NCBI RefSeq assembly: GCF_042660085.1
Contig: NZ_JBHSTI010000002.1
Span: 150,001-182,000, forward strand
From: Longivirga aurantiaca
GTDB lineage: Bacteria; Actinomycetota; Actinomycetes; S36-B12; CAIYMF01
DNA: 32,000 nucleotides
Direction: 5' to 3'
The notes below the pieces were generated by a model. That model was not told where the DNA came from and searched no databases. It saw only the letters and a list, made by a program, of their open reading frames with translations. The translations under genes and the position numbers were made by a program. Below, one piece after another: positions 18,226 through 26,661 of this stretch (position 1 is its first letter; each line of letters begins with the position of its first letter).

Positions 18226-19158
18226 CTACCAGCGCCAGCGGACGACGCCGTCGTCGTCCTGGGGCAGCTTCTGCCGCACGGAGGCCTCCACCGCGGCGTA
18301 GACCGGGTCGTGCTCGACCTGCTCGGTGAGGTCGACCGCGGGGGCCTCCTCGGCAGCCGGCTCGGTGAGGTCGACGCTTGCGGGCGTCTCCTCCGGGCGC
18401 GGGTCGGGCACCTCGGCGTCCGGCAGGTCGGGTGCCTCCGGGGCTGCGTCGGCCTCGGGCGCCTCCCACTCGGCGACGGGGTGGAGGTCGGGCTGCGGCG
18501 CGGCCTCGGGCTCGGCCGGGACACCCCAGCCGGTCGGCTGCTCGACGACGGCGCTGGGCTCGGGAGCCGCGTCGACGACCGGGTCGAGGAGCGCCTCGGG
18601 CGACGGCTGCTCCCAGGCGGCCACGGGGTGGATCTCGGGCTGCGACGGCTGACCCGCCGGGCCGGGCTGCACCCAGGCGGACACGTGGTGCTCTGCGTCC
18701 TCGATGCGGGCGACCTGCTCGAACGACCACGCGGGCGGCTGCACCTCGGCGACGGGCTCAGCCGCGCGCTCGGGGGCCGGCGGCGGCGTGCTCAGCTCGA
18801 ATGCCGCCATCTCGTACGCCGCGGCGTCCGGCATCGCCAGCACCGCCGGGGAGGGCGGCTGCTCGACCGGGGCGGCTGCGGCGGGCACCGGCAGCGCGGG
18901 CTCGGGCGCCGACGGCGGCGTCGCGGGGGCAGGGGGAGCCGGGGCCGCGACCACGGCAGCGGGGGCTGCCACGACAGCAGGGGCGGCCGCGGTGGGCCGG
19001 GCTGGGGCTTCCGCGGGGGCCTCGGGGGAGGGCTCGTCCGCGGCCGCGGCGGCAGGGGTGCTCGGACGTACCGACGAGCGCAGATCGAGGATCGACAGCC
19101 GGCGCGTGATGTCGACGAGCTCGGGCTCGGGCGACGAGCGCTTTCGGCCGAACTTCAC
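18226..19158 (-). CDS. Hypothetical Pro/Ala/Glu-rich low-complexity protein
   Basis: Minus ORF VKFGRKRSSPEPELVDITRRLSILDLR...ending QDDDGVVRWRW, with GGAGGGG RBS-like sequence upstream of the GTG. Extreme P/A/E bias in the middle. Confidence 0.7.
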   Translation of the reverse strand: MKFGRKRSSPEPELVDITRRLSILDLRSSVRPSTPAAAAADEPSPEAPAEAPARPTAAAPAVVAAPAAVVAAPAPPAPATPPSAPEPALPVPAAAAPVEQPPSPAVLAMPDAAAYEMAAFELSTPPPAPERAAEPVAEVQPPAWSFEQVARIEDAEHHVSAWVQPGPAGQPSQPEIHPVAAWEQPSPEALLDPVVDAAPEPSAVVEQPTGWGVPAEPEAAPQPDLHPVAEWEAPEADAAPEAPDLPDAEVPDPRPEETPASVDLTEPAAEEAPAVDLTEQVEHDPVYAAVEASVRQKLPQDDDGVVRWRW

Positions 19159-19267
19159 TGCCGCCCCTCCCCGGACGTCGTAGATCCCACCGGACAGTTG
19201 TGCCACAGAATGGCCGCCGCGTCACCCTTTCGGTCCATCTGCCGCTCGATCGTGTGGTGCCGAGCAG

Positions 19268-19300
19268 GAAGGCCCGATCCCCTAGGGGGGCCGGGCCTTC
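19268..19300 (-). terminator. Terminator hairpin downstream of the acidic secreted protein gene
   Basis: GAAGGCCCG...CGGGCCTTC flanking an inner CCCC-TA-GGGG stem, just past the minus-strand stop at 19324. Confidence 0.6.
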
Positions 19301-19323
19301 GGCTGCGTGCGCGGGGGCGACTG

Positions 19324-19794
<471 letters not shown>

Positions 19795-19946
19795 GAGGTG
19801 CTCCGAGACGTCGGTGTGCTGACACTCCGATCATCGGCAGCACGCGTGCGGGGTTCACCTCCTGGACGTCCAAGAAACGTCCCAGAAGTCGGACGCCGCG
19901 TGCCACCAGTGCTCCGGACGGGTGACGGACGGCCGTCGGGAGGCCG

Positions 19947-21791
19947 TCAGGAGTCCTCGAACGCTGCGACGTCGGCCGTCGAGGACCGCAGCCGTGCGGA
20001 CAGGCTCCGGGAGATCGCGAGCACGAGCTCACCCGCCGACGCCGGGTCGCGGCGGCGCAGCTCGGCGAACGCGTCCGGGGCCAGCACGTGGCAGATGGTC
20101 GGCTCGAGGGCGACGATCCTCGTCGATCGGGTGCTGCCGTCCACGAGCGCCAGCTCGCCGAACGACGACCCGGCCGAGATCGTGCTGAGGCGCCGGCGGC
20201 CCGACTGGTTCTTGATCCGTACGTCGGCCGCGACCTGACCGGCGCCGACGAAGTAGAGGCCGTCGGCCTCGTCGCCCTCGTCGAACACGATCGCCCCGGC
20301 CGTGATGACACGCGTGGTGCAGCGCTCCTCGATCGCCCGCACGGCGAAGTCGGGCAGCCCTTCGAGCAGCTCCTGCGCTGCGAGGGGCACGAGCCCCTCG
20401 AGCATGTCGTCCTCGATGCCGTGCTCGCGCAGGAGCTCGGTCTCGCACCACTCCAGCGCGGCATCGGCGTCGGCGAACCTGTGCACGGTGTCGGGCAGGG
20501 CCCGCAGCGTGGTGCGCGGCTGCATCGTGCGCGGCTCCACGAGCCCCACCACCACGCCGTCCGCCGTCAGCTGGTCGACCAGCGAGAGCAGCAGCGCCGC
20601 GGCGGCGGTGTCGATGCGCGTCACGCGCCGCAGGTCGAGCACGCGCCAGCGGGCAGGCCGAGGGTCGTCGAGCACCGCACGGATGAGCAGCTCGGTGCTC
20701 GCGAAGCCCTCGTCGCCGACGAGCTCGTGGACGACGATCGCCGAGGCCTCGACGTCGAGCACGGCTCGGTGGGCGCGGGGGCGGCCGCGGCGCGAGCGGA
20801 TCGCGTCCGCCCGGTAGGTGCGGCGCAGGCCGCTGCGGGTGCGCTCGGACGGCAGCAGCAGATGCATCCCGAGCCGCTTGGACAGCAGCTCGGCCGCGAC
20901 GACGCCGCGCACGCTGTTGCCGTTGGAGTCGAGCAGGGGGCTGTGCAGGCCGAGGCCCAGCTGGCCCGGGAGGGCTGCCGAGACGCCGCCGCTCACCCCG
21001 CTCTTGGCCGGGATCCCCACGCGGTAGAGCCATTCGCCGGCGTAGTCGTACATGCCGCAGGTGGCCATGACGGTGAGCACCGAGGCCACGACGTCGCGCG
21101 GCACCACCTGCTCGCCGGTCACGGGGTTGATGCCGCTGTTGGCGAGGGTCGCGGCCATCACCGCGAGGTCGCGGGCGGTCACGAGCACCGCGCACTGGCG
21201 GAAGTAGCCCTCGACCTGCTCGTCGACGTCCTCGTCGAGCAGGCCGGCCGACCGCATGAGGTAGGCGATGGCGCGGTTGCGGTCTCCTGTGGTGCGCTCG
21301 CTGTGGAACACGTCCTCGTCGATCGCGAGCTCGTGACCGGCGAACGCCGACAGCCCCGAGTGGATGCGCTCGAACTGCTCCGCCCGCGTCTGCCCGGACA
21401 CGAGCGTGGAGGTGACGATCGCGCCGGCGTTGACCATGGGGTTGAAGGCACGGCTCGACCGGTCGTCGAGGCTGATGCTGTTGAACGGGTCGCCCGTCGG
21501 CTCGACGCCGACCTTCTCGAGCACGGCCTCCTGCCCGCGGTCGGCCAGGGCCAGCGCGTAGACGTACGGCTTGGACACCGACTGGATCGTGAACGGCACC
21601 AGCACGCCGGCGTCGTACACCTGGCCGTCGAGGGTGGCGAGGCTGATGCCGCAGGTCGCGGGGTCGGCCTTGGCGAGCTCCGGGATGTACGTCGCGATCG
21701 TGCCCTCGTCGTTGGCGGACACCTCGCGCCACACCTCGTCGAGCAGGGTCTCGATCGGGCCCCGCGTGCGGCTGGGTGCGGCGTCGCTCAC
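19947..21791 (-). CDS. glsA: Glutaminase A with C-terminal STAS and cyclic-nucleotide-binding domains
   Basis: Glutaminase motifs: GTIATYIPELAKADP, FTIQSVSKPYVYALAL, SSRAFNPMVNAGAI, VLTVMATCGMYDYAGEW, IPAKSGVSGG. STAS-like RWRVLDLRRVTRIDTAAAALLLSLVDQL. cNMP-like GAIVFDEGDEADGLYFVGAGQV...AGSSFGELALVDGSTRSTRIVA. Confidence 0.92.
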   Translation of the reverse strand: MSDAAPSRTRGPIETLLDEVWREVSANDEGTIATYIPELAKADPATCGISLATLDGQVYDAGVLVPFTIQSVSKPYVYALALADRGQEAVLEKVGVEPTGDPFNSISLDDRSSRAFNPMVNAGAIVTSTLVSGQTRAEQFERIHSGLSAFAGHELAIDEDVFHSERTTGDRNRAIAYLMRSAGLLDEDVDEQVEGYFRQCAVLVTARDLAVMAATLANSGINPVTGEQVVPRDVVASVLTVMATCGMYDYAGEWLYRVGIPAKSGVSGGVSAALPGQLGLGLHSPLLDSNGNSVRGVVAAELLSKRLGMHLLLPSERTRSGLRRTYRADAIRSRRGRPRAHRAVLDVEASAIVVHELVGDEGFASTELLIRAVLDDPRPARWRVLDLRRVTRIDTAAAALLLSLVDQLTADGVVVGLVEPRTMQPRTTLRALPDTVHRFADADAALEWCETELLREHGIEDDMLEGLVPLAAQELLEGLPDFAVRAIEERCTTRVITAGAIVFDEGDEADGLYFVGAGQVAADVRIKNQSGRRRLSTISAGSSFGELALVDGSTRSTRIVALEPTICHVLAPDAFAELRRRDPASAGELVLAISRSLSARLRSSTADVAAFEDS

Positions 21792-21952
21792 TGCTGGTCT
21801 CCCGGGTGGTTCGGCGTCTGGTGGCAAGGGTGGCAGCCAGGTGTTGCGCGTGCGTTTCGTTCGGTCACAACCGCCGGCCGCCGCGGCGGGTGAGGACCGC
21901 CCGCGGCCGCTGCTCGCCTAGGGTTCGGGTGACGTCGAGGGCTGGAGGGCAC

Positions 21953-22597
21953 GTGGGCGAGGTGCTGCCGCTCGCGATCGGCATCGCTGCCTCGCCGTTC
22001 CCGGTGATCCCGGTGATCCTGCTGCTGTTCACCGACCGAGCCCGTGCGGCGGCGTGGTCGTTCCTGTCGGGCTGGCTCGTCGGCGTCGGAGGGACGGCCG
22101 CGGTCTTCGTCCTGCTGGCCGAGGTCGTCGACCAGAGCTCCGACACCCCCGAGTGGGCGTCGTGGCTGCGCATCGTCGGCGGCGTCGCGCTCGTGGCGTA
22201 CGGCGTGAAGCAATGGGTCGGCCGCGGGCACCATTCCGAGCAGCCTGCGTGGATGCGCCAGATCAGCGGCGCGTCGCCGAGGGCCGCGTTCCGCCTGGCG
22301 CTGCTGCTGTCGGCAGCGAACCCCAAGGTGCTGCTGCTCGCCGCCGCGGCCGGCCTCGCCATCGGCGCGGACGACTTCACGGCGCGGGGCGACGTCGTCG
22401 CCGTCGTCCTCTTCACGCTCGTGGCGTCCGTGAGCGTCGCCATCCCGGTGCTGGCGTACACGCTGCTCGGCGAGCGGGTCCTGCGCCCGCTGGGCGTCGC
22501 GCGCGACTGGCTCGTGCGCAACAACGCCGCCGTGATGGCCGTCGTCCTGGTCGTCATCGGGCTCCTGCTCCTGCAGGAGGGCATCACCAGTCTGTAG
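21953..22597 (+). CDS. GAP (Sap/LysE-like) family integral membrane protein
   Basis: VGEVLPLAIGIAASPFPVIPVILLLFTDRARAAAWSFLSGWLVGVGGTAAVFVLLAE...NPKVLLLAAAAGLAIG. 6 TM-like segments. GTG start with GGAGGG upstream. Confidence 0.8.
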   Translation: MGEVLPLAIGIAASPFPVIPVILLLFTDRARAAAWSFLSGWLVGVGGTAAVFVLLAEVVDQSSDTPEWASWLRIVGGVALVAYGVKQWVGRGHHSEQPAWMRQISGASPRAAFRLALLLSAANPKVLLLAAAAGLAIGADDFTARGDVVAVVLFTLVASVSVAIPVLAYTLLGERVLRPLGVARDWLVRNNAAVMAVVLVVIGLLLLQEGITSL

Positions 22598-22603
22598 CCG
22601 GCT

Positions 22604-22629
22604 CGGCGTACTGCCCCTGCAGTACGCCG
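22604..22629. promoter_or_regulatory. Palindrome CGGCGTACTGC-ccct-GCAGTACGCCG (candidate operator and/or small hairpin)
   Basis: Perfect 11-bp arms upstream of the two-component operon; core motif CGTACTGCCCCTGCAG is shared with the ABC operon promoter region. Confidence 0.55.
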
Positions 22630-22693
22630 CGGCGTTGCCGGCTACCGCATCCGGGGGACGCGTCGCCGACGGCACCGCACCTACAGTGGCCGC

Positions 22694-23854
22694 GTGAGCT
22701 GGCCCGCCGATGCCCGTGCGTGGATGCGTGGGCATCCGCGCGCCAGCGACGTCGGCTTCGCGGTGCTCGTCGCGATCCCGTCGATGCTCGTCCCGGCGGA
22801 CGCCCCCACGGGCATCGCGGCGGCCACCCCGCTGTCCACGCTCCTCGTCCTGACCGCCTGCGCGGCTCTCGTCGTGCGCCGCCGCCGCCCGGTCGCGGTC
22901 TGGGTCGTGACGCTGGTGGTCGCCGTCGTGGCGGTCGCGGTGCAGGCGGGCCCGACCGGCGCGCTCTTCCCCGCCCTCGTCGCCCTGTACACGGTCGCCC
23001 TGCTCCGCCCGCGTCGCGACGCGGCCGTCGCGGGTGTCGTGACGGTCGTCGCCGTGATCACGGCCCTCGGCGTGTTCGACGACTGGCGCTCCCCGACGAC
23101 GTACATCGTGCTGGCCTGGGTGGGCCTCGCGGTGTCGGCAGGCTTCGCCGTCAGCAGCCAGAGGGCGATCGTCGCAGCTGCCGAGGAGCGCGCGCAGCGG
23201 GCCGAGGCGAGCCGCGAGGAGGAGGCCCAGCGCCGCGTCACCGAGGAGCGCCTGCGGATCGCGCGCGAGCTGCACGACGTCGTCGCGCACCACATCTCCG
23301 TGGTCAACGTGCAGTCCGGCGTCGCTCTGCACCTGCTCGACGAGCAGCCCGAGCAGGCGCGCGCCGCCCTCGGGCACGTCCGTGAGGCGAGCCGCGACGT
23401 GCTCGCCGAGATGTCGTCGCTGCTCGGTGTCCTGCGGACCAACGACGACGGCACGGAGACGGCGCCGGCGCCGGGGCTGTGCGAGCTCGACACCCTCGTG
23501 GAGTCGATGCGCCGCACCGGGCTGCGGGTGACCGTGCACGAGGAGGGCGGCCGACCGTCGCTGGCCCCGATCGCGGACCTGACGGCGTACCGGGTCGTGC
23601 AGGAGGCGCTGACCAACGCGTACAAGCACGGGGCGGGCAGCGCGGACCTGCGCATCGTCGACTCCGACCCCACGGTCGTCATCGAGGTGACGAACCGGGT
23701 CGCCGGAGGAGCGGTCGAGGGATCGGGGCTCGGGCTCGTGGGGATGCGCGAGCGCGTGCTGGCCAGCGGCGGCCACCTCGAGGCCGGGCCCGACGGCGCC
23801 GGCGGCTTCCGCGTACGCGTCGAGCTCCCGGCGTCCGCCCAGGCGGCGTCGTGA
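22694..23854 (+). CDS. NarL-system sensor histidine kinase (HPK7-like)
   Basis: Multi-TM N-terminus; TEERLRIARELHDVVAHHISVVNVQSGVALHLL H-box; GSGLGLVGMRERVLASGGHLEAGPDGAGGFRVRVELP ATPase region. Confidence 0.93.
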   Translation: MSWPADARAWMRGHPRASDVGFAVLVAIPSMLVPADAPTGIAAATPLSTLLVLTACAALVVRRRRPVAVWVVTLVVAVVAVAVQAGPTGALFPALVALYTVALLRPRRDAAVAGVVTVVAVITALGVFDDWRSPTTYIVLAWVGLAVSAGFAVSSQRAIVAAAEERAQRAEASREEEAQRRVTEERLRIARELHDVVAHHISVVNVQSGVALHLLDEQPEQARAALGHVREASRDVLAEMSSLLGVLRTNDDGTETAPAPGLCELDTLVESMRRTGLRVTVHEEGGRPSLAPIADLTAYRVVQEALTNAYKHGAGSADLRIVDSDPTVVIEVTNRVAGGAVEGSGLGLVGMRERVLASGGHLEAGPDGAGGFRVRVELPASAQAAS

Positions 23855-24537
23855 GCATCCGGGTGCTGCTGGCCGACGACCAGACCCTGATCCGGGCCGG
23901 CTTCGCCGCGCTCGTGGCCAGCGCGTCCGACATGGAGGTCGTCGGCGAGGCGGTGGACGGCGAGGACGCCGTCCGCCAGGCGCGCGAGCTGCGGCCCGAC
24001 GTCGTGCTCATGGATATCCGCATGCCGGGGACCGACGGGCTCAGCGCCAGCCAGACGATCACGGCGGACGCCGATCTCGCCGACGTGCGGGTGGTGGTCC
24101 TGACGACGTTCGAGCAGGACGACCTCGTGCTCGCGGCGCTCCGTGCGGGTGCCAGCGGCTTCCTGGGCAAGTCGGTCGAGCCGGCCGAGCTGCTCGAGGC
24201 GATCCGGGTCGTCGCGGCCGGCGAGGCGCTGCTGTCGCCGAAGGCCACCCGGGCCCTCATCGGCCGGCTGCTCGCTCAGCCGCAGGACGTGCCGGACGCG
24301 TCGTCGTCCGATCTCGACGTCCTCACCGAGCGGGAGCGCGAGATCGTGGGACTGGTCGCCCACGGCCTGTCCAACGACGACATCGCGCAGCGGCTCTTCG
24401 TCTCCCCACTCACGGCCAAGACGCACGTGAACCGGGCGATGGCCAAGCTCGGTGCCCGCGACCGTGCGCAGCTCGTGGTGCTCGCGTACCAGTCGGGCCT
24501 CGTGCGCGCGGGCGACCCGGACCCGCGCGGCCGCTAG
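23851..24537 (+). CDS. NarL/LuxR-family response regulator
   Basis: IRVLLADDQTLIRAGFAALV...DVVLMDIRMPGTDGLSA...LTEREREIVGLVAHGLSNDDIAQRLFVSPLTAKTHVNRAMAKLGARDRAQLV. GTG start overlaps the kinase stop by 4 nt. Confidence 0.95.
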   Translation: MSIRVLLADDQTLIRAGFAALVASASDMEVVGEAVDGEDAVRQARELRPDVVLMDIRMPGTDGLSASQTITADADLADVRVVVLTTFEQDDLVLAALRAGASGFLGKSVEPAELLEAIRVVAAGEALLSPKATRALIGRLLAQPQDVPDASSSDLDVLTEREREIVGLVAHGLSNDDIAQRLFVSPLTAKTHVNRAMAKLGARDRAQLVVLAYQSGLVRAGDPDPRGR

Positions 24538-24545
24538 CCCGCTGC

Positions 24546-24572
24546 GCGACGTACTGCGTCTGCAGCAGTCGC
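24546..24572. promoter_or_regulatory. Candidate response-regulator binding site upstream of the ABC exporter operon
   Basis: GCGACGTACTGCGTCTGCAGCAGTCGC: imperfect palindrome with GCGAC/GTCGC ends, containing CGTACTGCGTCTGCAG (14/16 identical to 22607-22622). Confidence 0.5.
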
Positions 24573-24657
24573 GAGAGCCCGCAGCAGGACGACGACGACT
24601 CGTACCCGCGCAGGCGACGGTGGTGTCACCACGAAGACGACACCACCAGGAGCACCC

Positions 24658-25587
24658 ATGATCGAGGTCCACGAGCTGACCAAGCGGTACGGCGACGTCA
24701 CCGCTGTCGACTCCATCAGCTTCACCGTCCAGCCGGGCGTCATCACCGGCTTCCTCGGCCCCAACGGCGCCGGCAAGTCCACGACGATGCGCATGATCCT
24801 CGGCCTCGACCGGCCGACCTCCGGCACCTCGACGGTCAACGGCCGCCCCTACGCCGAGGCGCCCGCACCGCTCACCGAGATGGGCGCGCTGCTCGAGGCC
24901 AAGGCCATCGACAAGGGCCGCTCGGCGCGCAACCACCTGCTGGCGCTCGGTGCGACCATCGGCGTCGGTGCGCGACGCGTCGACCACCTGCTCGACGTCG
25001 TCGGCCTCACCGAGGTGGCCGGCAAGGGTGCCGGCGGTTTCTCGCTCGGCATGGGTCAGCGCCTCGGGATCGCGACGGCGCTGCTCGGCGATCCGCAGAC
25101 CGTGATGCTCGACGAGCCCGTGAACGGGCTCGACCCCGACGGCATCCTCTGGATCCGCAACCTCCTCAAGGAGCTCGCGGCCGAGGGCCGCACCGTCTTC
25201 CTCTCCTCGCACCTCATGAGCGAGATGGAGCTCACCGCCGAGCATCTCGTCGTGATCGGGCGCGGCCGCATCCTGGCCGACGTCCCCATGGCCGAGTTCA
25301 TCGCCCAGTCGTCGCAGAACAGCGTCCAGGTGATCTCCCCGGACGCCGGTCGGCTGCGCGATCTCCTGATCCAGCCCGGGGTCGTCGTGGCCTCGAGCGC
25401 GCCAGGGCGCCTGGACGTGACCGGATTGAGCTCGAGCCAGGTCGGAGAGCTGGCGGCCGCAGCGGGCCTGGTGCTCCACCAGCTCGTCGACGTCGCCCCC
25501 TCGCTGGAGGAGGCGTTCATGGAGCTCACCCGCGATGCCGTGGACTACCACGGCTCGACCGACACGACCGGAAGGACGGCAGCCTGA
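24658..25587 (+). CDS. ABC transporter ATP-binding protein (CcmA/ABC-2 type)
   Basis: GFLGPNGAGKSTTMRMILGLDRPTSG Walker A; FSLGMGQRLGIATALLGDPQTVMLDEPVNGLDPDGI signature and Walker B. Confidence 0.96.
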   Translation: MIEVHELTKRYGDVTAVDSISFTVQPGVITGFLGPNGAGKSTTMRMILGLDRPTSGTSTVNGRPYAEAPAPLTEMGALLEAKAIDKGRSARNHLLALGATIGVGARRVDHLLDVVGLTEVAGKGAGGFSLGMGQRLGIATALLGDPQTVMLDEPVNGLDPDGILWIRNLLKELAAEGRTVFLSSHLMSEMELTAEHLVVIGRGRILADVPMAEFIAQSSQNSVQVISPDAGRLRDLLIQPGVVVASSAPGRLDVTGLSSSQVGELAAAAGLVLHQLVDVAPSLEEAFMELTRDAVDYHGSTDTTGRTAA

Positions 25588-26429
25588 TGAGCACCACAGC
25601 CCTCGAGACGGGGACGACGCGGGCCGCCGCCACAGCGCCTGTCCGGACGACGACCTCTCGCGTGCTCGTCAGCGAGTGGATCAAGCTGCGCACGCTGCGC
25701 AGCACCTGGGCGTACGTCGTGGGGACGCTGGTCGTCCTCATCGGCTTCGGGGTGGTGGCCGCGCTCACCGCGAGCGGTCAGGCCGACAGCCCCGGGGGCG
25801 GCCCGGCGTTCTCGGCGAGCGACCCGGTGAGCACCACGCTGACCGGCGCGAACCTCGCGGTGCTCGTCGTGGCGGTCATGGGATCGATCGTCGGTGCGCG
25901 CGAGTACTCGACCGGCATGATCCGCACGACCCTGGCGGCGGTGCCGAAGCGCCTGCCCGTCCTGTGGGGCAAGCTCGCCACCTTCACGGGCCTCATGGCC
26001 TCCGTGGTCGTGACCGGCGTCGTGATCGCGTTCTTCGCGGGCATGGCGGTGCTCGACGCCGGCGGCGCTGCGACCATGGCGTGGTCGGACGACGGCGTGG
26101 CGCGGGCCGTGCTCGGCACCGCGGCGAACGTCGTCGGCCTCGGGGTCATGGGGCTGGCGCTGGGCGTCATGCTCCGCAGCACCGCGGCGGCGATCGGCAC
26201 GGTGATCGGTGCGGTCCTGTTCATCCCGACGCTGGCCTCGGCGCTGCTGCCGGACAGCTGGGACGACGTCCTCAAGTACCTGCCGTCGAACGCCGCCCAG
26301 GCCTTCACGTCCCTCTCGGACACCGGCGCATCGCTGCTCAGCCCCGGCGCCGGCATGGCCGTCTTCGCGAGCTGGGTCCTGGCCTCCGTCGTCGGCGCCG
26401 CCGTCGTGCTGAAGCGACGCGACGCCTGA
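25587..26429 (+). CDS. ABC-2 type transporter permease
   Basis: SEWIKLRTLRSTWAYVVGTLVVLIGFGVVAAL...VGAREYSTGMIRTTLAAVPKRLPVLWGKLATF. ATG overlaps the ATP-binding protein stop (tgATGa). Confidence 0.9.
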   Translation: MSTTALETGTTRAAATAPVRTTTSRVLVSEWIKLRTLRSTWAYVVGTLVVLIGFGVVAALTASGQADSPGGGPAFSASDPVSTTLTGANLAVLVVAVMGSIVGAREYSTGMIRTTLAAVPKRLPVLWGKLATFTGLMASVVVTGVVIAFFAGMAVLDAGGAATMAWSDDGVARAVLGTAANVVGLGVMGLALGVMLRSTAAAIGTVIGAVLFIPTLASALLPDSWDDVLKYLPSNAAQAFTSLSDTGASLLSPGAGMAVFASWVLASVVGAAVVLKRRDA

Positions 26430-26461
26430 TCCCGCAGCGCCGTGCGGCACCGCCCCCGAAC

Positions 26462-26492
26462 CCGGCCCCCGTCGTCCCTCGGCGGGGGCCGG
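26462..26492 (+). terminator. Terminator hairpin downstream of ABC operon
   Basis: CCGGCCCCC...GGGGGCCGG, 9-bp arms, about 35 nt past the permease stop. Confidence 0.6.
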
Positions 26493-26661
26493 CCCATGCC
26501 GCGGTTGGTCAGGCGTTGGGCGGGGTCGGCGGCCTCGTCGTCTCCCTGGTGCTCGGAACGGCCCGCTGCCGCCCACGCGAGCATCACTCCCCTCCGGCTC
26601 GTACGTCTTCGGGTGAATTGCGCGTGCCGTGGCGCCGCTCGGCCTCTTAGCATCGGGTGCC

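Noticed and set aside
22681-25551. 956-aa minus-strand ORF
   Set aside because: Antisense to the histidine kinase, response regulator and ABC ATPase, all of which have clear family motifs. The ORF is a third-position-GC artefact.
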